Below, piece after piece: positions 18,451 through 28,317 of a stretch of 45,520 nucleotides of DNA. The translations under genes and the position numbers were made by a program. The notes under the pieces were generated by a model. The model did no database searches. It worked only from the letters and a program-made list of their open reading frames with translations, and was not told the origin of the DNA. Each line of letters begins with the position of its first letter. The stretch's first letter is position 1. The DNA is from a virus (taxonomy: Duplodnaviria > Heunggongvirae > Uroviricota > Caudoviricetes), in the IMG/VR virus record IMGVR_UViG_2579778748_000005. One strand, 5' to 3'.

Positions 18451-18454
18451 ATAC
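18329..18454 (-). pseudogene. Second Tfa C-terminal remnant, about 41 codons
   Basis: Reads ...[37 protein letters not shown] after an in-frame stop. Confidence 0.55.
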
Positions 18455-18466
18455 TGCTCACCTTTT

Positions 18467-18760
18467 TCACCCACGATTAACCAACAGCCAGACCAGCAGA
18501 CACGCCACCACCGGCACAGCAAAATCCATCAGGCTTGCCACATCCCATGCACGTGGATCAAAACCGCCCCACCACGGCATGTTAATCCGCTTGCCATGCC
18601 CGAACATTTCAATCCAGCGATATTCTGCCTGGGTGTGTTCACGCGCAATGAAGAACGTACAACCGGCTATCGCCCCGTAAGCCCAGTTTCCGGTAAAAAG
18701 ACCAGCCAGTACCTGCACCGCCACGGCACAAAGCGCATGAAGTATCGACGTGATATCCAT
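18467..18760 (-). CDS. Hypothetical membrane protein, 97 aa
   Basis: ORF with two hydrophobic segments; downstream of the tail fiber operon. Confidence 0.55.
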   Translation of the reverse strand: MDITSILHALCAVAVQVLAGLFTGNWAYGAIAGCTFFIAREHTQAEYRWIEMFGHGKRINMPWWGGFDPRAWDVASLMDFAVPVVACLLVWLLVNRG

Positions 18761-18769
18761 CTGCTATCC

Positions 18770-19048
18770 TTAAAACCACTCCCTGAGCGGGCGCTCTGGT
18801 GTAACCACCCACTCACGGAACACGGAATCCTCAAATCCATCGTCAAGAAGACGGATATTAACAAAGTACCCTTCGTTTCGCGTGTATTCTGGTTCTCCGT
18901 CATCAGAAACATCTGTCTCCCTGAACGTAAAACCAATCTCATCAACCAGAACGGCATTCTGCAGCTCTTCGTCCTCTTCCCAGTTAAGTTTCCTGAGAAA
19001 TGCCCTGAAATCTGCTTTATCACTGAAACGCAACGTGAAATCTCTCAC
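18770..19048 (-). CDS. Hypothetical acidic protein, 92 aa, coupled to the tail fiber gene (possible fiber chaperone)
   Basis: Start overlaps the stf stop (ATGA). Confidence 0.55.
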   Translation of the reverse strand: MRDFTLRFSDKADFRAFLRKLNWEEDEELQNAVLVDEIGFTFRETDVSDDGEPEYTRNEGYFVNIRLLDDGFEDSVFREWVVTPERPLREWF

Positions 19049-21108
19049 TCCACAACCTCCCCAAGCTGCGCATCTGTTAGCTCTTTATGCCAGAGACGAA
19101 AATTCCTCACATGCCCAAATAAATGGCGTAATCCTGCTGTAGTTTGTCCACCAATGCGAATGGTTGCTGTACTCCGGATATATTCCCATTTGGTTTTAGT
19201 TTCGCTGCTTAACTTACCGTTACTGACTACACATGTGGACCGTTCGGACTTTACCCGCATACCAATAAGCATTTTTTCCAGCCCGGCATTTTCATTTATT
19301 CGTCGGTCTGAACCACCTATATCGCAATACGGAAAACCGTCGTACCCACCTGATGAACCAAACCCCATTACGATCCCCGCTCCGGTTTGATGACCGCCGG
19401 TATCAAAAACACGCGGCGCTACATTTGGCGTTTTATACCAGTTCTTATGTACCTCACAAAGAACCGTAAAAGGAAGATTATAAAGGTTATTCTTGATTGG
19501 GACTGTCACCATATCGCTTGCCCGCGTTGCCGGTGCCGTCCCCGTAACAATAAAAGATGATGCGCCTGTACCAGCCTCAATCTGTGGAGTGGTTACATCG
19601 AGATAATCCCCTGATGTAACCATCTGCCCTGTATCCGGAGAATACTGGACAAAACCACCAACCGTATTTTCTGTTGTATCTGCTTTTAATGTAGCCTCAA
19701 AAAATATCCAGCCAGTTGCATCATCCTTAACAGACCTTGCTGTAACACGGCTTGTCTGACCTGTCTTGCTAATTATGCGGGTGGTAAGGTTCAGGTTTGC
19801 TGCTCCTATTGATGTCCTTACCTCCCCATCATAATGTTCAAATAAAATACGAACGGCGATATTATCAACTTCACTTTTTACCCGACAGGATATAGTTACA
19901 TGCTTTTCGTCCCCTGAAGTATCAACCCCTCCGGTACTCGAATACAGTCCGATAATGGTATGCGCTTTACTTGTACCAACAATCGAATCCTGTACGACAA
20001 ACCGACCATAATTAAACCCGAAACTATCTGTGCCTGTTTCTGTAACGTCCAGTGAAGTTGACTTATTCCACTTCGAAGGGTCTGTACTGTTCTGGAAGAA
20101 GTTCGTTCTTTGTCCCTCAATAAGCAGGCCATCACACTCAAATCGCGGCTCATTAATTTCCGCCGTTTTCAGTTCGCCAGATTTGTTGATATATGTTGCC
20201 GTTGATGCGCGACTGAAATTAACCTGTTTATCACTGGCAACCTGAACCACATTATCACCAATCTTCACTTTTTTATAACCCGGAGAATAGCCCGTAATCA
20301 TATCCAGCGAATCATTAAAGGGTATCCACACATCCGGCAGCGGCTGTAAAACATATCTGTACGGCTCTGCTGTCTGGTTTGCGTATTCTCTGGCAGCATC
20401 TTCACTTGCTTTTGCTGCCGTCTGGCTTGCTGCCGATGCTTTCGCCGAGTTCGCCGCCGCTGTTTCGCTCACCTTTGCGTTGGCTTCACTGTCTTTGGCA
20501 TTCGTCTCACTGGTTTTCGCTGCCGTCTGGCTGGATTTTGCGTTTTTTTCGCTGGCCTTTGTGGCTGTCTCGCTATTTTTCGCGCTGGTTTCTGATTTTT
20601 TGGCTGCTGTCGCGGAGTTTGCCGATGCAGTCTGCGAGGCCGCTGCCGCCTGTGCGCTGTTAGCTGCATTCGTTTCTGAGGTTTTCGCCGCATTCTTCGA
20701 TGAGGCTGCTGCCGTTTCGGATTTCTTTGCCGCCGCTGCACTCTGTGATGACGCTCCGGCATGACGTGCCACTTCATTCACCATCAGCTCAAAACGGCGC
20801 AGTGCCTCCGGACGAACATCATCCTCCGTCATGGCGCCGAGAAAATCATTCAGCGTACCTGGTCTGGAACCTTCATAGACGGTAATGGTCCCGGCATGTG
20901 AAGGCGGAAAATCTTCAACCAGCAGGGTGACGCTGTACTGGCCATACTCAACATCCATGCTGTAACGCCCGGCTTCATCCGGATTTTCAGAGGCCACCGT
21001 GTTCACCACCACCGTGCTGCTGGTCCGTCTGGCCTTCAGCACAATGGTGCAGTTCTGTACTGGTTTTCCTGTGCCATCTTTAAGCACGCCAGAAATTTTT
21101 ACTGTCAT
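19045..21108 (-). CDS. stf: Side tail fiber protein, 687 aa
   Basis: N-terminus MTVKISGVLKDGTGKPVQNCTIVLKARR matches recalled lambda Stf; Ala/Ser/Thr-rich repeat region; variant C-terminus. Confidence 0.85.
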   Translation of the reverse strand: MTVKISGVLKDGTGKPVQNCTIVLKARRTSSTVVVNTVASENPDEAGRYSMDVEYGQYSVTLLVEDFPPSHAGTITVYEGSRPGTLNDFLGAMTEDDVRPEALRRFELMVNEVARHAGASSQSAAAAKKSETAAASSKNAAKTSETNAANSAQAAAASQTASANSATAAKKSETSAKNSETATKASEKNAKSSQTAAKTSETNAKDSEANAKVSETAAANSAKASAASQTAAKASEDAAREYANQTAEPYRYVLQPLPDVWIPFNDSLDMITGYSPGYKKVKIGDNVVQVASDKQVNFSRASTATYINKSGELKTAEINEPRFECDGLLIEGQRTNFFQNSTDPSKWNKSTSLDVTETGTDSFGFNYGRFVVQDSIVGTSKAHTIIGLYSSTGGVDTSGDEKHVTISCRVKSEVDNIAVRILFEHYDGEVRTSIGAANLNLTTRIISKTGQTSRVTARSVKDDATGWIFFEATLKADTTENTVGGFVQYSPDTGQMVTSGDYLDVTTPQIEAGTGASSFIVTGTAPATRASDMVTVPIKNNLYNLPFTVLCEVHKNWYKTPNVAPRVFDTGGHQTGAGIVMGFGSSGGYDGFPYCDIGGSDRRINENAGLEKMLIGMRVKSERSTCVVSNGKLSSETKTKWEYIRSTATIRIGGQTTAGLRHLFGHVRNFRLWHKELTDAQLGEVVE

Positions 21109-21120
21109 ACTTTTCCACCA

Positions 21121-21154
21121 ATAAAAAAAGCCCGCAGCAGTGACGCCACGGGCT
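21121..21154 (-). terminator. Intrinsic terminator after lom
   Basis: AGCCCG...CGGGCT hairpin followed by a T7 run on the minus strand. Confidence 0.5.
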
Positions 21155-21259
21155 TCAGGACAGTGTAACTTTACGTTTCCTCAAACGCAGTTCACCCCAT
21201 AAGGCGGATGAACCTGCGTATCATAACAATATTTACAGAAGATAAATCGGCGTCTGTTG

Positions 21260-21859
21260 TCAGAAACGGTATCCGATACCAACAATAAATGCATCCGTTC
21301 GCCAGTCGCCACTACCGGAACCTTCATAAGCAATATCAATGGTCACGGATTCGGTCGGGTTAAACTGCACGCCAGCTCCCCACGCCAGAGACGTGTTGCT
21401 GTGGCGATCGTCATCACTTCCGGTCAGCACATCGTGCGTTTTCCCCTTGTTGTCAGTTACGCGGAGATAATCCCCGGAGAACGTCGACACACGGCTGTAA
21501 GCCACACCTGCCATCGCATAAGCACTGAACCATTCATTCACGCGTACAGATGGCCCCGCCATCACGCTGAACCAGCGGTTACGCACGGAATCTTCATGCC
21601 AGCGGGTATCGCTGTAGTGCGTTTTTTGCTCATCCTCAGCATTGGCATAACTGAAGGACGTAATCAGCCCCAGCGCGTCCGTAAACTCATAACGGTATTT
21701 CACGTTAATCCCGTTCAGATTATCGCTGCCTGGCATATCAGTGTGGGTCTGAAGATACCCGGCGCTTAGTGTGGACTGATGCTCTGCTGCGCTCGCTGGC
21801 GTACCAGCGGCAACCAGCCAGACTACTGCGGACAGAATAACAGCACATAATTTACGCAT
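21260..21859 (-). CDS. lom: Outer membrane protein Lom (Ail/Lom family), 199 aa
   Basis: Signal peptide plus beta-barrel pattern ending GIGYRF; located after J as in lambda. Confidence 0.9.
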   Translation of the reverse strand: MRKLCAVILSAVVWLVAAGTPASAAEHQSTLSAGYLQTHTDMPGSDNLNGINVKYRYEFTDALGLITSFSYANAEDEQKTHYSDTRWHEDSVRNRWFSVMAGPSVRVNEWFSAYAMAGVAYSRVSTFSGDYLRVTDNKGKTHDVLTGSDDDRHSNTSLAWGAGVQFNPTESVTIDIAYEGSGSGDWRTDAFIVGIGYRF

Positions 21860-21926
21860 AATTACCTCTCGCTTTTCTGCAATAAAAAAGGCGCCATTTC
21901 TGGCGCCCGTATTGGGGTTATAAAAT

Positions 21927-24900
21927 TCAGCTAATCGTGATGCCTGCAGTGGTTTTCTTCATCACAACAACCAGCAAATCGCTGATACTTGCTGTGGGAT
22001 ACCAGCCATTTACCCACCATGCTGATACAGAAAACTCCAGCGTCATGTGGCCGCGACCAGCAGGCATATCAATAACACCACTGTAAACCAGCGTATTATC
22101 CAGCGCGGTACGGTTATAAATTTCAGCACCGTTTTTCCGTACTATCAGGCGGCATGACGAATAAATATCGTTATTCTCCCGCTCATGTCTGGCACCGCTG
22201 AATGCCACCGCCGGAATAACAATTTGCCGGTCAAACGGCTGATCGTCATAAACCCTGACGGTAATGGTCCCTGATGGCCACCTCTCCGGTGCACGGGAGT
22301 CACGGGGGAAAGCCTTACCCACTGTTTTAACGAGATCGCCTTCAATCTGGTTTGCAGACAGTTTCCCTCTGATGACACAGTTCTCGTTAATGGTGACATT
22401 ATTGAGCGTGCCGGTATTCGCCGTGATGGCTCCACTGATATCCGCATTGCGGGCTGCCAGCCTGCCATCCGGCGTCAGGGAAAACGTAGGAGGATTGCCG
22501 GATGACGTGATGCTCACCGCAAACAGTCGCTTCAGGAACACGTCGTTCATGAACAGCTGATTCCCCTGCGCCACAAACAGCGGCGTGGTGTTGCCATTCT
22601 CCGGGGTAATCATCGCGATACGGTCAGCCTGCAGCAGAATACTGCTCAGCGTCTGACCATCAACATCCTCAATCCCCGCACCAATCCCGGCCACATAGGG
22701 AATACCGTTTTTTGTTTTCTGCACCTTCAGCATATACATGGCATTCAGCTCATTGCGCGTGTCTGACTGAACCCGCTGGATTTGCTGTATGGTCACGGCC
22801 TGGTCACCCAGTTTTTTATCCGTGGTCGAGGTAATTTCACTCCCTTTTTTATCCACGTACTGGCGGACCTGTGCTATCTGTCGGGCATTTTCTGACTGCC
22901 CCTGGCTGACAGTCTGTGAGATTTCACTGCTCACCCGGTCCACTTTCTGGCTCACCTGCGCGATGGCCAGTGTCTGGTCCTCATTCTTTTTCGCAACCAG
23001 CTGCGTGAGGCTGTTTTCCGCCTCCCCGATTTTCCGGGTCACTTCTGCGATATCCGTGTCCATCCGCTGACGGATGTCTTCTTCCAGTTGCGTGACCTCC
23101 GTACGCAGCGCTGAAGCATCAATGCGCTCTTTCAGTGCCTGGCCCAGAAGCGTCTCATCTATCAGCCCCCGGAAAATTTCCAGATACCCTTCACCATCAT
23201 TGCTGGGCTGCCCGCTGGCTTCCACAAAAGCAGATTTTCCCACCAGGTTGACGCTTCGCACGTAAAACCAGAAATCCGTCCCCGGCTTAATCCGGCTCCC
23301 CTGGACAGTCCACTGACTGCCGGTCCCCAGATAACGGGCAGATTTTTCCACCTGTGCCGTGTTCGTGATGCGTTTTTCTGAGAACCAGAATTCAAACTGT
23401 ACCGTCGGGTCATACACCGCAAGACGCGGGACCGCCGTTATCTGAAAATACCCCGGCGTCAGCTCAATGGTGGCGGGTTTTGCAGGCGCGTTAATCCGGA
23501 AGGTGGTGGTCGCAGGTTCGCCCTGCTGGCCGTAGCTGTTAATGGCCCGCACCGTCAGGGTGTATTCCCCCAGCGGCAGACCACTGAAACGGTGCTCCGT
23601 GTCTGCGGTGATGGCGGTGCTCACCAGACGGCTGTCTTCTCCGCTTCCGCTGGTCAGACGCAGACTGAAGCGCACACCCTTCACCACCCGCGGCGTGTCC
23701 CATTTCGCCTGTGCCAGATACTGACCGTCAGCTGCACTCACCTCCACCGTCAGGTGCTGCACTGCCGGTGGGATAACGCTGTTCAGGCTGCCTGACTGCG
23801 GCTCAAAGCTGGCCCCGTTATCCACAATGGCTTCTTTTTCCGGTACGTGCTGCACCGCCGTGATGGCGAACGTGCCGTCCGTGTTTTCCCGAATGGAGAC
23901 ACAGCGGAACAGGCGACGACGCAGTGACGGCAGGGAGAGTCCCCACACACCGTATGTCTCCACACCATCCGGCAGGGTGCTGACCTGTATCCGGTCAGGC
24001 GCGGGGTGTGCGGTGATGGCCACGCTCGCCGGCTTACCGCTGCCGTTAATCAGATTAACAGTGGCCGTGCCGGTCTCCGGCAGTGTCACCTCCCGGTCCA
24101 GCGTCAGGGTACGGCTGGCGGCATCGATGGACAGGACACGTCCGCCGGTCAGGGTCCCGGCATAGTCGTTATCACAGATTTCAATGATGTCACCGGGTGT
24201 GTGACGCAGCCCCTGTGACCCGAGCGTGAAATCCACCGTCTGCGTTTCCAGCAGTTCGGTCTTTATCACCCACAGCCCGGCACGGTGGGCCTGACCGCGG
24301 CTGGTACAGCCGAACGCGTCCATCTTCAGCAGGTTGCGTCCGTAGCGCAGTATGGCTTCCGGGTCTTCCACCAGTTCCGTGGAGGTCTGCCAGCCGTTCT
24401 GCGGGTCGGTGTAATTCACCTCCACTGCCGTGTGCCGGTCCTTCAGGGCACTGAAGCTGTAGCGGAAACCCACGCCGTTATCATCCACCACCACATCGCT
24501 GTTGGTGTACGGCCACACCACATCCGACGGACGGTCCTGAACGAACGTCAGCGTCTGGCCGTTCCATACCGGCATACAGCGCATCGCAGAGCAGAAATCA
24601 CTGAGAACGTCCCACGCCTTACGCTGTTGTGCCAGGTACGCATTAAAGGTCATCCGCGGCTCGGTCCCCCCGAAACCATCCGGGACCGTCTGGTCGCAGT
24701 ACTGCCCGATGGCATACAGCGCCCACTTGTCCACATCCGCCGCCCCCAGACGTTTTCCCATGCCGTAGCGCGGGTGAGTCAGCATGTCCCACAGACACCA
24801 GGCCGGGTTGTTGCTGTATGCCGGTTTCAGGCTGCCGTCCCAGATACCACTGTACGTGCGTTTTTCCGGGTCATAGTTTGACGGCACCTGGATGATGCGA

Positions 24901-25619
24901 CCGCGGATATGGTAGTTCACCGTCATCTGCTGGCCGCCGAACTGCTCCGCATCCACCTGCAGCCCCACAATGGCCGTGTTCGGGTAGCACTGTTTCACAT
25001 CGATGATTTCGGTGTATGACGACCACAGCGTCTTATTCTGCAGCTGGTCCGTGGTGCTGTCCGCCGTCTCCCTGACCATCCGGATGTTAAAGGGCCGGGG
25101 AGGCAGATTATCCAGAATCACCGAGGCCAGGAACTGCGAGGTGGTCTTGCCGTTAATGGTGACATCCTTTTCCGTCACCCAGCGGCCATTACGCTGTAAC
25201 TGAATCAGAATCCGGACAGAGGAAGGATTACGGTCGCCCTTTGACGTGGTCTGCACCAGTGACTGCACCCCGAAGGTAACCCGCAGGCGGTCAATGTTCG
25301 CGGACGTAATGGTGCGCGTCACCGGTTTTGCCTTCGTCACTTCCACGCCCAGTCCGGTTTCAGCTCCGGAGGACTCAAAGCCTTCCGGTGGTGTCTGCTC
25401 CTGCTCCCCGGCACGCCAGACCGCAGTCACACCGTGTATCACGGGATTACCGTCCGTGTCCGTCAGCGGGGTTTTGTTCACCAGAATACTCTGCAGTCCC
25501 TTCACCGGACCTTCTATCGGTCCCTCACCAATCGCATCAATCACACTCATCATCTGCGTGGATTTGAGATTATCCTTCGCCTCACGAGGCGTGTGTGCCT
25601 TACCGCCACCTTTTCCCAT
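21927..25619 (-). CDS. J: Tail tip host-specificity protein J, 1230 aa
   Basis: Size, position and similarity to lambda J as recalled. Confidence 0.95.
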   Translation of the reverse strand: MGKGGGKAHTPREAKDNLKSTQMMSVIDAIGEGPIEGPVKGLQSILVNKTPLTDTDGNPVIHGVTAVWRAGEQEQTPPEGFESSGAETGLGVEVTKAKPVTRTITSANIDRLRVTFGVQSLVQTTSKGDRNPSSVRILIQLQRNGRWVTEKDVTINGKTTSQFLASVILDNLPPRPFNIRMVRETADSTTDQLQNKTLWSSYTEIIDVKQCYPNTAIVGLQVDAEQFGGQQMTVNYHIRGRIIQVPSNYDPEKRTYSGIWDGSLKPAYSNNPAWCLWDMLTHPRYGMGKRLGAADVDKWALYAIGQYCDQTVPDGFGGTEPRMTFNAYLAQQRKAWDVLSDFCSAMRCMPVWNGQTLTFVQDRPSDVVWPYTNSDVVVDDNGVGFRYSFSALKDRHTAVEVNYTDPQNGWQTSTELVEDPEAILRYGRNLLKMDAFGCTSRGQAHRAGLWVIKTELLETQTVDFTLGSQGLRHTPGDIIEICDNDYAGTLTGGRVLSIDAASRTLTLDREVTLPETGTATVNLINGSGKPASVAITAHPAPDRIQVSTLPDGVETYGVWGLSLPSLRRRLFRCVSIRENTDGTFAITAVQHVPEKEAIVDNGASFEPQSGSLNSVIPPAVQHLTVEVSAADGQYLAQAKWDTPRVVKGVRFSLRLTSGSGEDSRLVSTAITADTEHRFSGLPLGEYTLTVRAINSYGQQGEPATTTFRINAPAKPATIELTPGYFQITAVPRLAVYDPTVQFEFWFSEKRITNTAQVEKSARYLGTGSQWTVQGSRIKPGTDFWFYVRSVNLVGKSAFVEASGQPSNDGEGYLEIFRGLIDETLLGQALKERIDASALRTEVTQLEEDIRQRMDTDIAEVTRKIGEAENSLTQLVAKKNEDQTLAIAQVSQKVDRVSSEISQTVSQGQSENARQIAQVRQYVDKKGSEITSTTDKKLGDQAVTIQQIQRVQSDTRNELNAMYMLKVQKTKNGIPYVAGIGAGIEDVDGQTLSSILLQADRIAMITPENGNTTPLFVAQGNQLFMNDVFLKRLFAVSITSSGNPPTFSLTPDGRLAARNADISGAITANTGTLNNVTINENCVIRGKLSANQIEGDLVKTVGKAFPRDSRAPERWPSGTITVRVYDDQPFDRQIVIPAVAFSGARHERENNDIYSSCRLIVRKNGAEIYNRTALDNTLVYSGVIDMPAGRGHMTLEFSVSAWWVNGWYPTASISDLLVVVMKKTTAGITIS

Positions 25620-25725
25620 ACAGCCTTCCCCTGAATAAATTAACCGCCACTTGCCATTCCGTACAGAAGTCGGATATCCTTCGCCCGAAAAGCATGAAAC
25701 ACATTTCTGCCATGCTAAAGAGAAA

Positions 25726-25758
25726 CCCCGGTATCAGCAGATACCGGGGTTTTCTTTC
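25726..25758 (+). terminator. Intrinsic terminator on the antisense strand within the I-J spacer
   Basis: CCCCGGTAT-N6-ATACCGGGG followed by TTTTCTTTC. Confidence 0.45.
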
Positions 25759-25858
25759 ATGCCCACCGATAATCCTGTTGGTTAAAACCGGTAATGGCAT
25801 AAAAATTCTGAATATCTTCACATTTTCACAAACTGACTGTGGCGCGTATAATTTCTCT

Positions 25859-25955
25859 GCGTTAATTTTTTTGTCGTGATATAAGAATAATTCCTTACAC
25901 TTAATCTTCGTAACTCTCCCGCAGTTCCTGTCCGCGATCACTGCGGGATTTTTTT
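25859..25955 (+). ncRNA. Candidate small RNA, about 97 nt, antisense to the tail operon in the I-J spacer
   Basis: TTCACA-16-TATAAT promoter (25825..25852) and CCCGCAGT...ACTGCGGG plus T8 terminator (25918..25955); no credible ORF. Confidence 0.35.
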
Positions 25956-25962
25956 ATTCTTT

Positions 25963-26643
25963 TTACCCCTGCCGCCCGATAACCACGACCTTTCCGCCCC
26001 CGCCTTCATCACGGGTGCTGATGTCCTGGGATATACGGCGGGAGCCAACCAGCATTTCCCCGTAAGGCACCGGCATCGGGTTCCCCTGGGCAATCATGTT
26101 ATCCAGCGAGGAAAAGTACGTGTTCTGTCTGCCGTTATCCGTTGCGCGGTAATCCGGTGTTTTTGCCTTCGGGGCCAGCATCTGGGCCACACCGCCCAGT
26201 ATCATGCTGGCCCCCAGTGAAAACAGCATCGTGGTGGCAGAAAAACCGCCGGCACTCAGGGCTGTACCCCATAACACCATCGAGGCACCGGCCGTGAAGA
26301 AAGAGCCCACGATGGCTGCCGCCCCCAGCACAATCTGCAGTCCGCCCTTTCCGGCTCCGGCCAGTCGCGGCACAATGTGGATGACCGTTCCCTCACCCAG
26401 CTGTTCGTGAAGACGGGCGTACACCGCCTCCGGTGCCGTGTCATCACCGGCAATACGTATCTGGTACCAGCCTTCGTTCATCTGACGGCGAAAGCCCGGC
26501 ACCTGTAACGACAGGGCACGGATGGCTTCCGCTGCCGTGTTCACATACAGGCTGAGGCGGCGGCCAAATCGTTGCAAATCCCCGTGAAGGCAGATGCGTG
26601 CCAGTGGCGGTGACGCCAGACAGAATGCGTTCGTCGTTGCCAT
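25963..26643 (-). CDS. I: Tail assembly protein I, 226 aa
   Basis: Lambda I-like N-terminus (MA..ARICLHGDLQRFGRR) and Gly/Ala-rich hydrophobic segment. Confidence 0.9.
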   Translation of the reverse strand: MATTNAFCLASPPLARICLHGDLQRFGRRLSLYVNTAAEAIRALSLQVPGFRRQMNEGWYQIRIAGDDTAPEAVYARLHEQLGEGTVIHIVPRLAGAGKGGLQIVLGAAAIVGSFFTAGASMVLWGTALSAGGFSATTMLFSLGASMILGGVAQMLAPKAKTPDYRATDNGRQNTYFSSLDNMIAQGNPMPVPYGEMLVGSRRISQDISTRDEGGGGKVVVIGRQG

Positions 26644-27284
26644 TTTTCGGAATACCTCTCCCGTTTACTCAGTTGTTCAGGAATATGGTGCAGCAGCTCG
26701 CCGTCACCACAGTAAATGGCGGCATGATTCGGCACCGATGAACCAAAACAGCACAGCAGCACATCGCCCGGCTGCGCCGCTGACAACGGCACCTGATACA
26801 GCCCTGTGGCCTCCAGATTATCCAGATAGAGATTCTGACCGTGACGCCACCAGTCATCCTCGCGATGAAAATCCGGCATCTCAGTCCCCGCCAGATGATA
26901 AGCATCCCGGAACAGCGTGTAACAGTCCGTCACCCCGTGCTCAAAGCGCCGTCCCGTCAGATGTGGCACACAGCGGAATTTGTGAATGTCACCCCGGCAG
27001 ACCAGCCACCAGGGCAGTGCGCTTTTTATCTGCAGCCGCCGGTCAGCCTCGCTCAGCCAGGGCAGCCCACCGGGATGACTGTGGACCAGTGCCACAATCT
27101 CCCCCTGCATCTCTGCCCGCAGCCAGTCTTCCGGTGCAATACGAAAATACGCCTCCGGCTCTGCAGAGATATTCACACAAGGGATATACCGCTCCCCCTC
27201 CGGCGTTCTCACCACTAAGCCGCACGACTCCGCAGGCACACACCGCCGGGCATGCGCCAGAATCGCTGATTCTGTCTGTGTCAT
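26541..27284 (-). CDS. K: Tail assembly protein K (NlpC/P60 plus JAB-like), 247 aa
   Basis: HSHPGG motif and lambda K-like sequence as recalled; 3' end overlaps the I start by about 100 nt. Confidence 0.88.
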   Translation of the reverse strand: MTQTESAILAHARRCVPAESCGLVVRTPEGERYIPCVNISAEPEAYFRIAPEDWLRAEMQGEIVALVHSHPGGLPWLSEADRRLQIKSALPWWLVCRGDIHKFRCVPHLTGRRFEHGVTDCYTLFRDAYHLAGTEMPDFHREDDWWRHGQNLYLDNLEATGLYQVPLSAAQPGDVLLCCFGSSVPNHAAIYCGDGELLHHIPEQLSKRERYSEKWQRRTHSVWRHRHWHASAFTGICNDLAAASACM

Positions 27285-27289
27285 TGGAT

Positions 27290-27988
27290 TTACTGCGAAA
27301 GTTTGTTAATGGAAAGGAAACCGCCAAAATTAGCCACCATGCCGCGCATCTCACACCCGCGCATGCACTTGCTGCATCTGTCCTTACGGATATCCGTGGT
27401 GGGGTTGTCGAACTCATCCGCCACCGCAGGACCGTTATACCCGCATTCATCTCCCCGGTAATCCCACATACAGGTGTTCGCCAGCATGATGCGACCGGGA
27501 AACAGCGCCCCGTCCGTCTCGGTCGGTGTAGCCAGCACAAACGAGGCCGTCATGGCTGTCAGCTGCGACATCTGCTCCACCACCCAGCGGTCACTCAGCT
27601 CCTGCTCCGGGTCCGCCTCCGGATTGCCCGCAACGAAATTCACCGCATCCAGAAAACGGGCATACACCCGGCGGCGGACCACCGTGGCCCCCACCAGACT
27701 CTGCAGGTCTTCCGCCATCCCGGTGACCAGACCGAACAGATTGGACACCGTCAGCGACGGTCTGGCACTGCTGCCCCGGCCGTTCATCTCAAAGCCGCTG
27801 CCGTCAATCGGGTATGCCTCATACTTACGCCCCTGCCAGGTGACCGGCTCCCCTTTTTCATTCAGCTCATTACAGAAAAAATACCGCTCACCACCCTGTA
27901 CCGTCAGGTCGATTTCCCAGAGTACCACCCGCGGTGACTGCTCTGACTTAACCGACTCGTTCAGACTTTCTTCGCGAATATCCTGCAT
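27290..27988 (-). CDS. L: Minor tail protein L, 232 aa
   Basis: Lambda order, size and cysteine cluster. Confidence 0.9.
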   Translation of the reverse strand: MQDIREESLNESVKSEQSPRVVLWEIDLTVQGGERYFFCNELNEKGEPVTWQGRKYEAYPIDGSGFEMNGRGSSARPSLTVSNLFGLVTGMAEDLQSLVGATVVRRRVYARFLDAVNFVAGNPEADPEQELSDRWVVEQMSQLTAMTASFVLATPTETDGALFPGRIMLANTCMWDYRGDECGYNGPAVADEFDNPTTDIRKDRCSKCMRGCEMRGMVANFGGFLSINKLSQ

Positions 27989-28317
27989 CAGTTCACCACC
28001 TGCTTAAACTCCGCGCTGAACTCAACGCGCAACATCCCGACCCGCGCAGACCACCCGGCACAGGTCACCTTTATCTGCCGGTATGCATAGGGTGGCTTCC
28101 ACAAAAATGCCTTCCAGCCACCGTGCTCTGCCAGGAACGCTTCCAGATGCCGGGCCTCCTCCCGGGTCACGGAAAGCGTCACCCTGTATGTTTTCAGGTC
28201 AGCATTCAGCCCTGCCGCCATACGCTGTGAGTACCCGTCACCAAAACGCACTTCACGCACCGATGGCTGCGAGTTCACCTCCATATCCGGCTTCACTTTC
28301 CAGCGAAAGGTTTTCAT
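27988..28317 (-). CDS. M: Minor tail protein M, 109 aa
   Basis: Lambda order and size. Confidence 0.9.
   Translation of the reverse strand: MKTFRWKVKPDMEVNSQPSVREVRFGDGYSQRMAAGLNADLKTYRVTLSVTREEARHLEAFLAEHGGWKAFLWKPPYAYRQIKVTCAGWSARVGMLRVEFSAEFKQVVN

Noticed and set aside
18596-19390. 264-aa plus-strand ORF
   Set aside because: Overlaps the tail fiber gene and two small minus-strand genes on the opposite strand; no SD; low-complexity translation.
25595-25879. 94-aa plus-strand ORF in the I-J spacer
   Set aside because: Contains an intrinsic terminator hairpin within the frame and has no SD; the region is better explained as non-coding RNA.
26594-27937. 447-aa plus-strand ORF
   Set aside because: Antisense to the well-supported tail genes K and L; Pro/Arg/Ala-rich translation typical of a spurious frame in GC-rich coding DNA.
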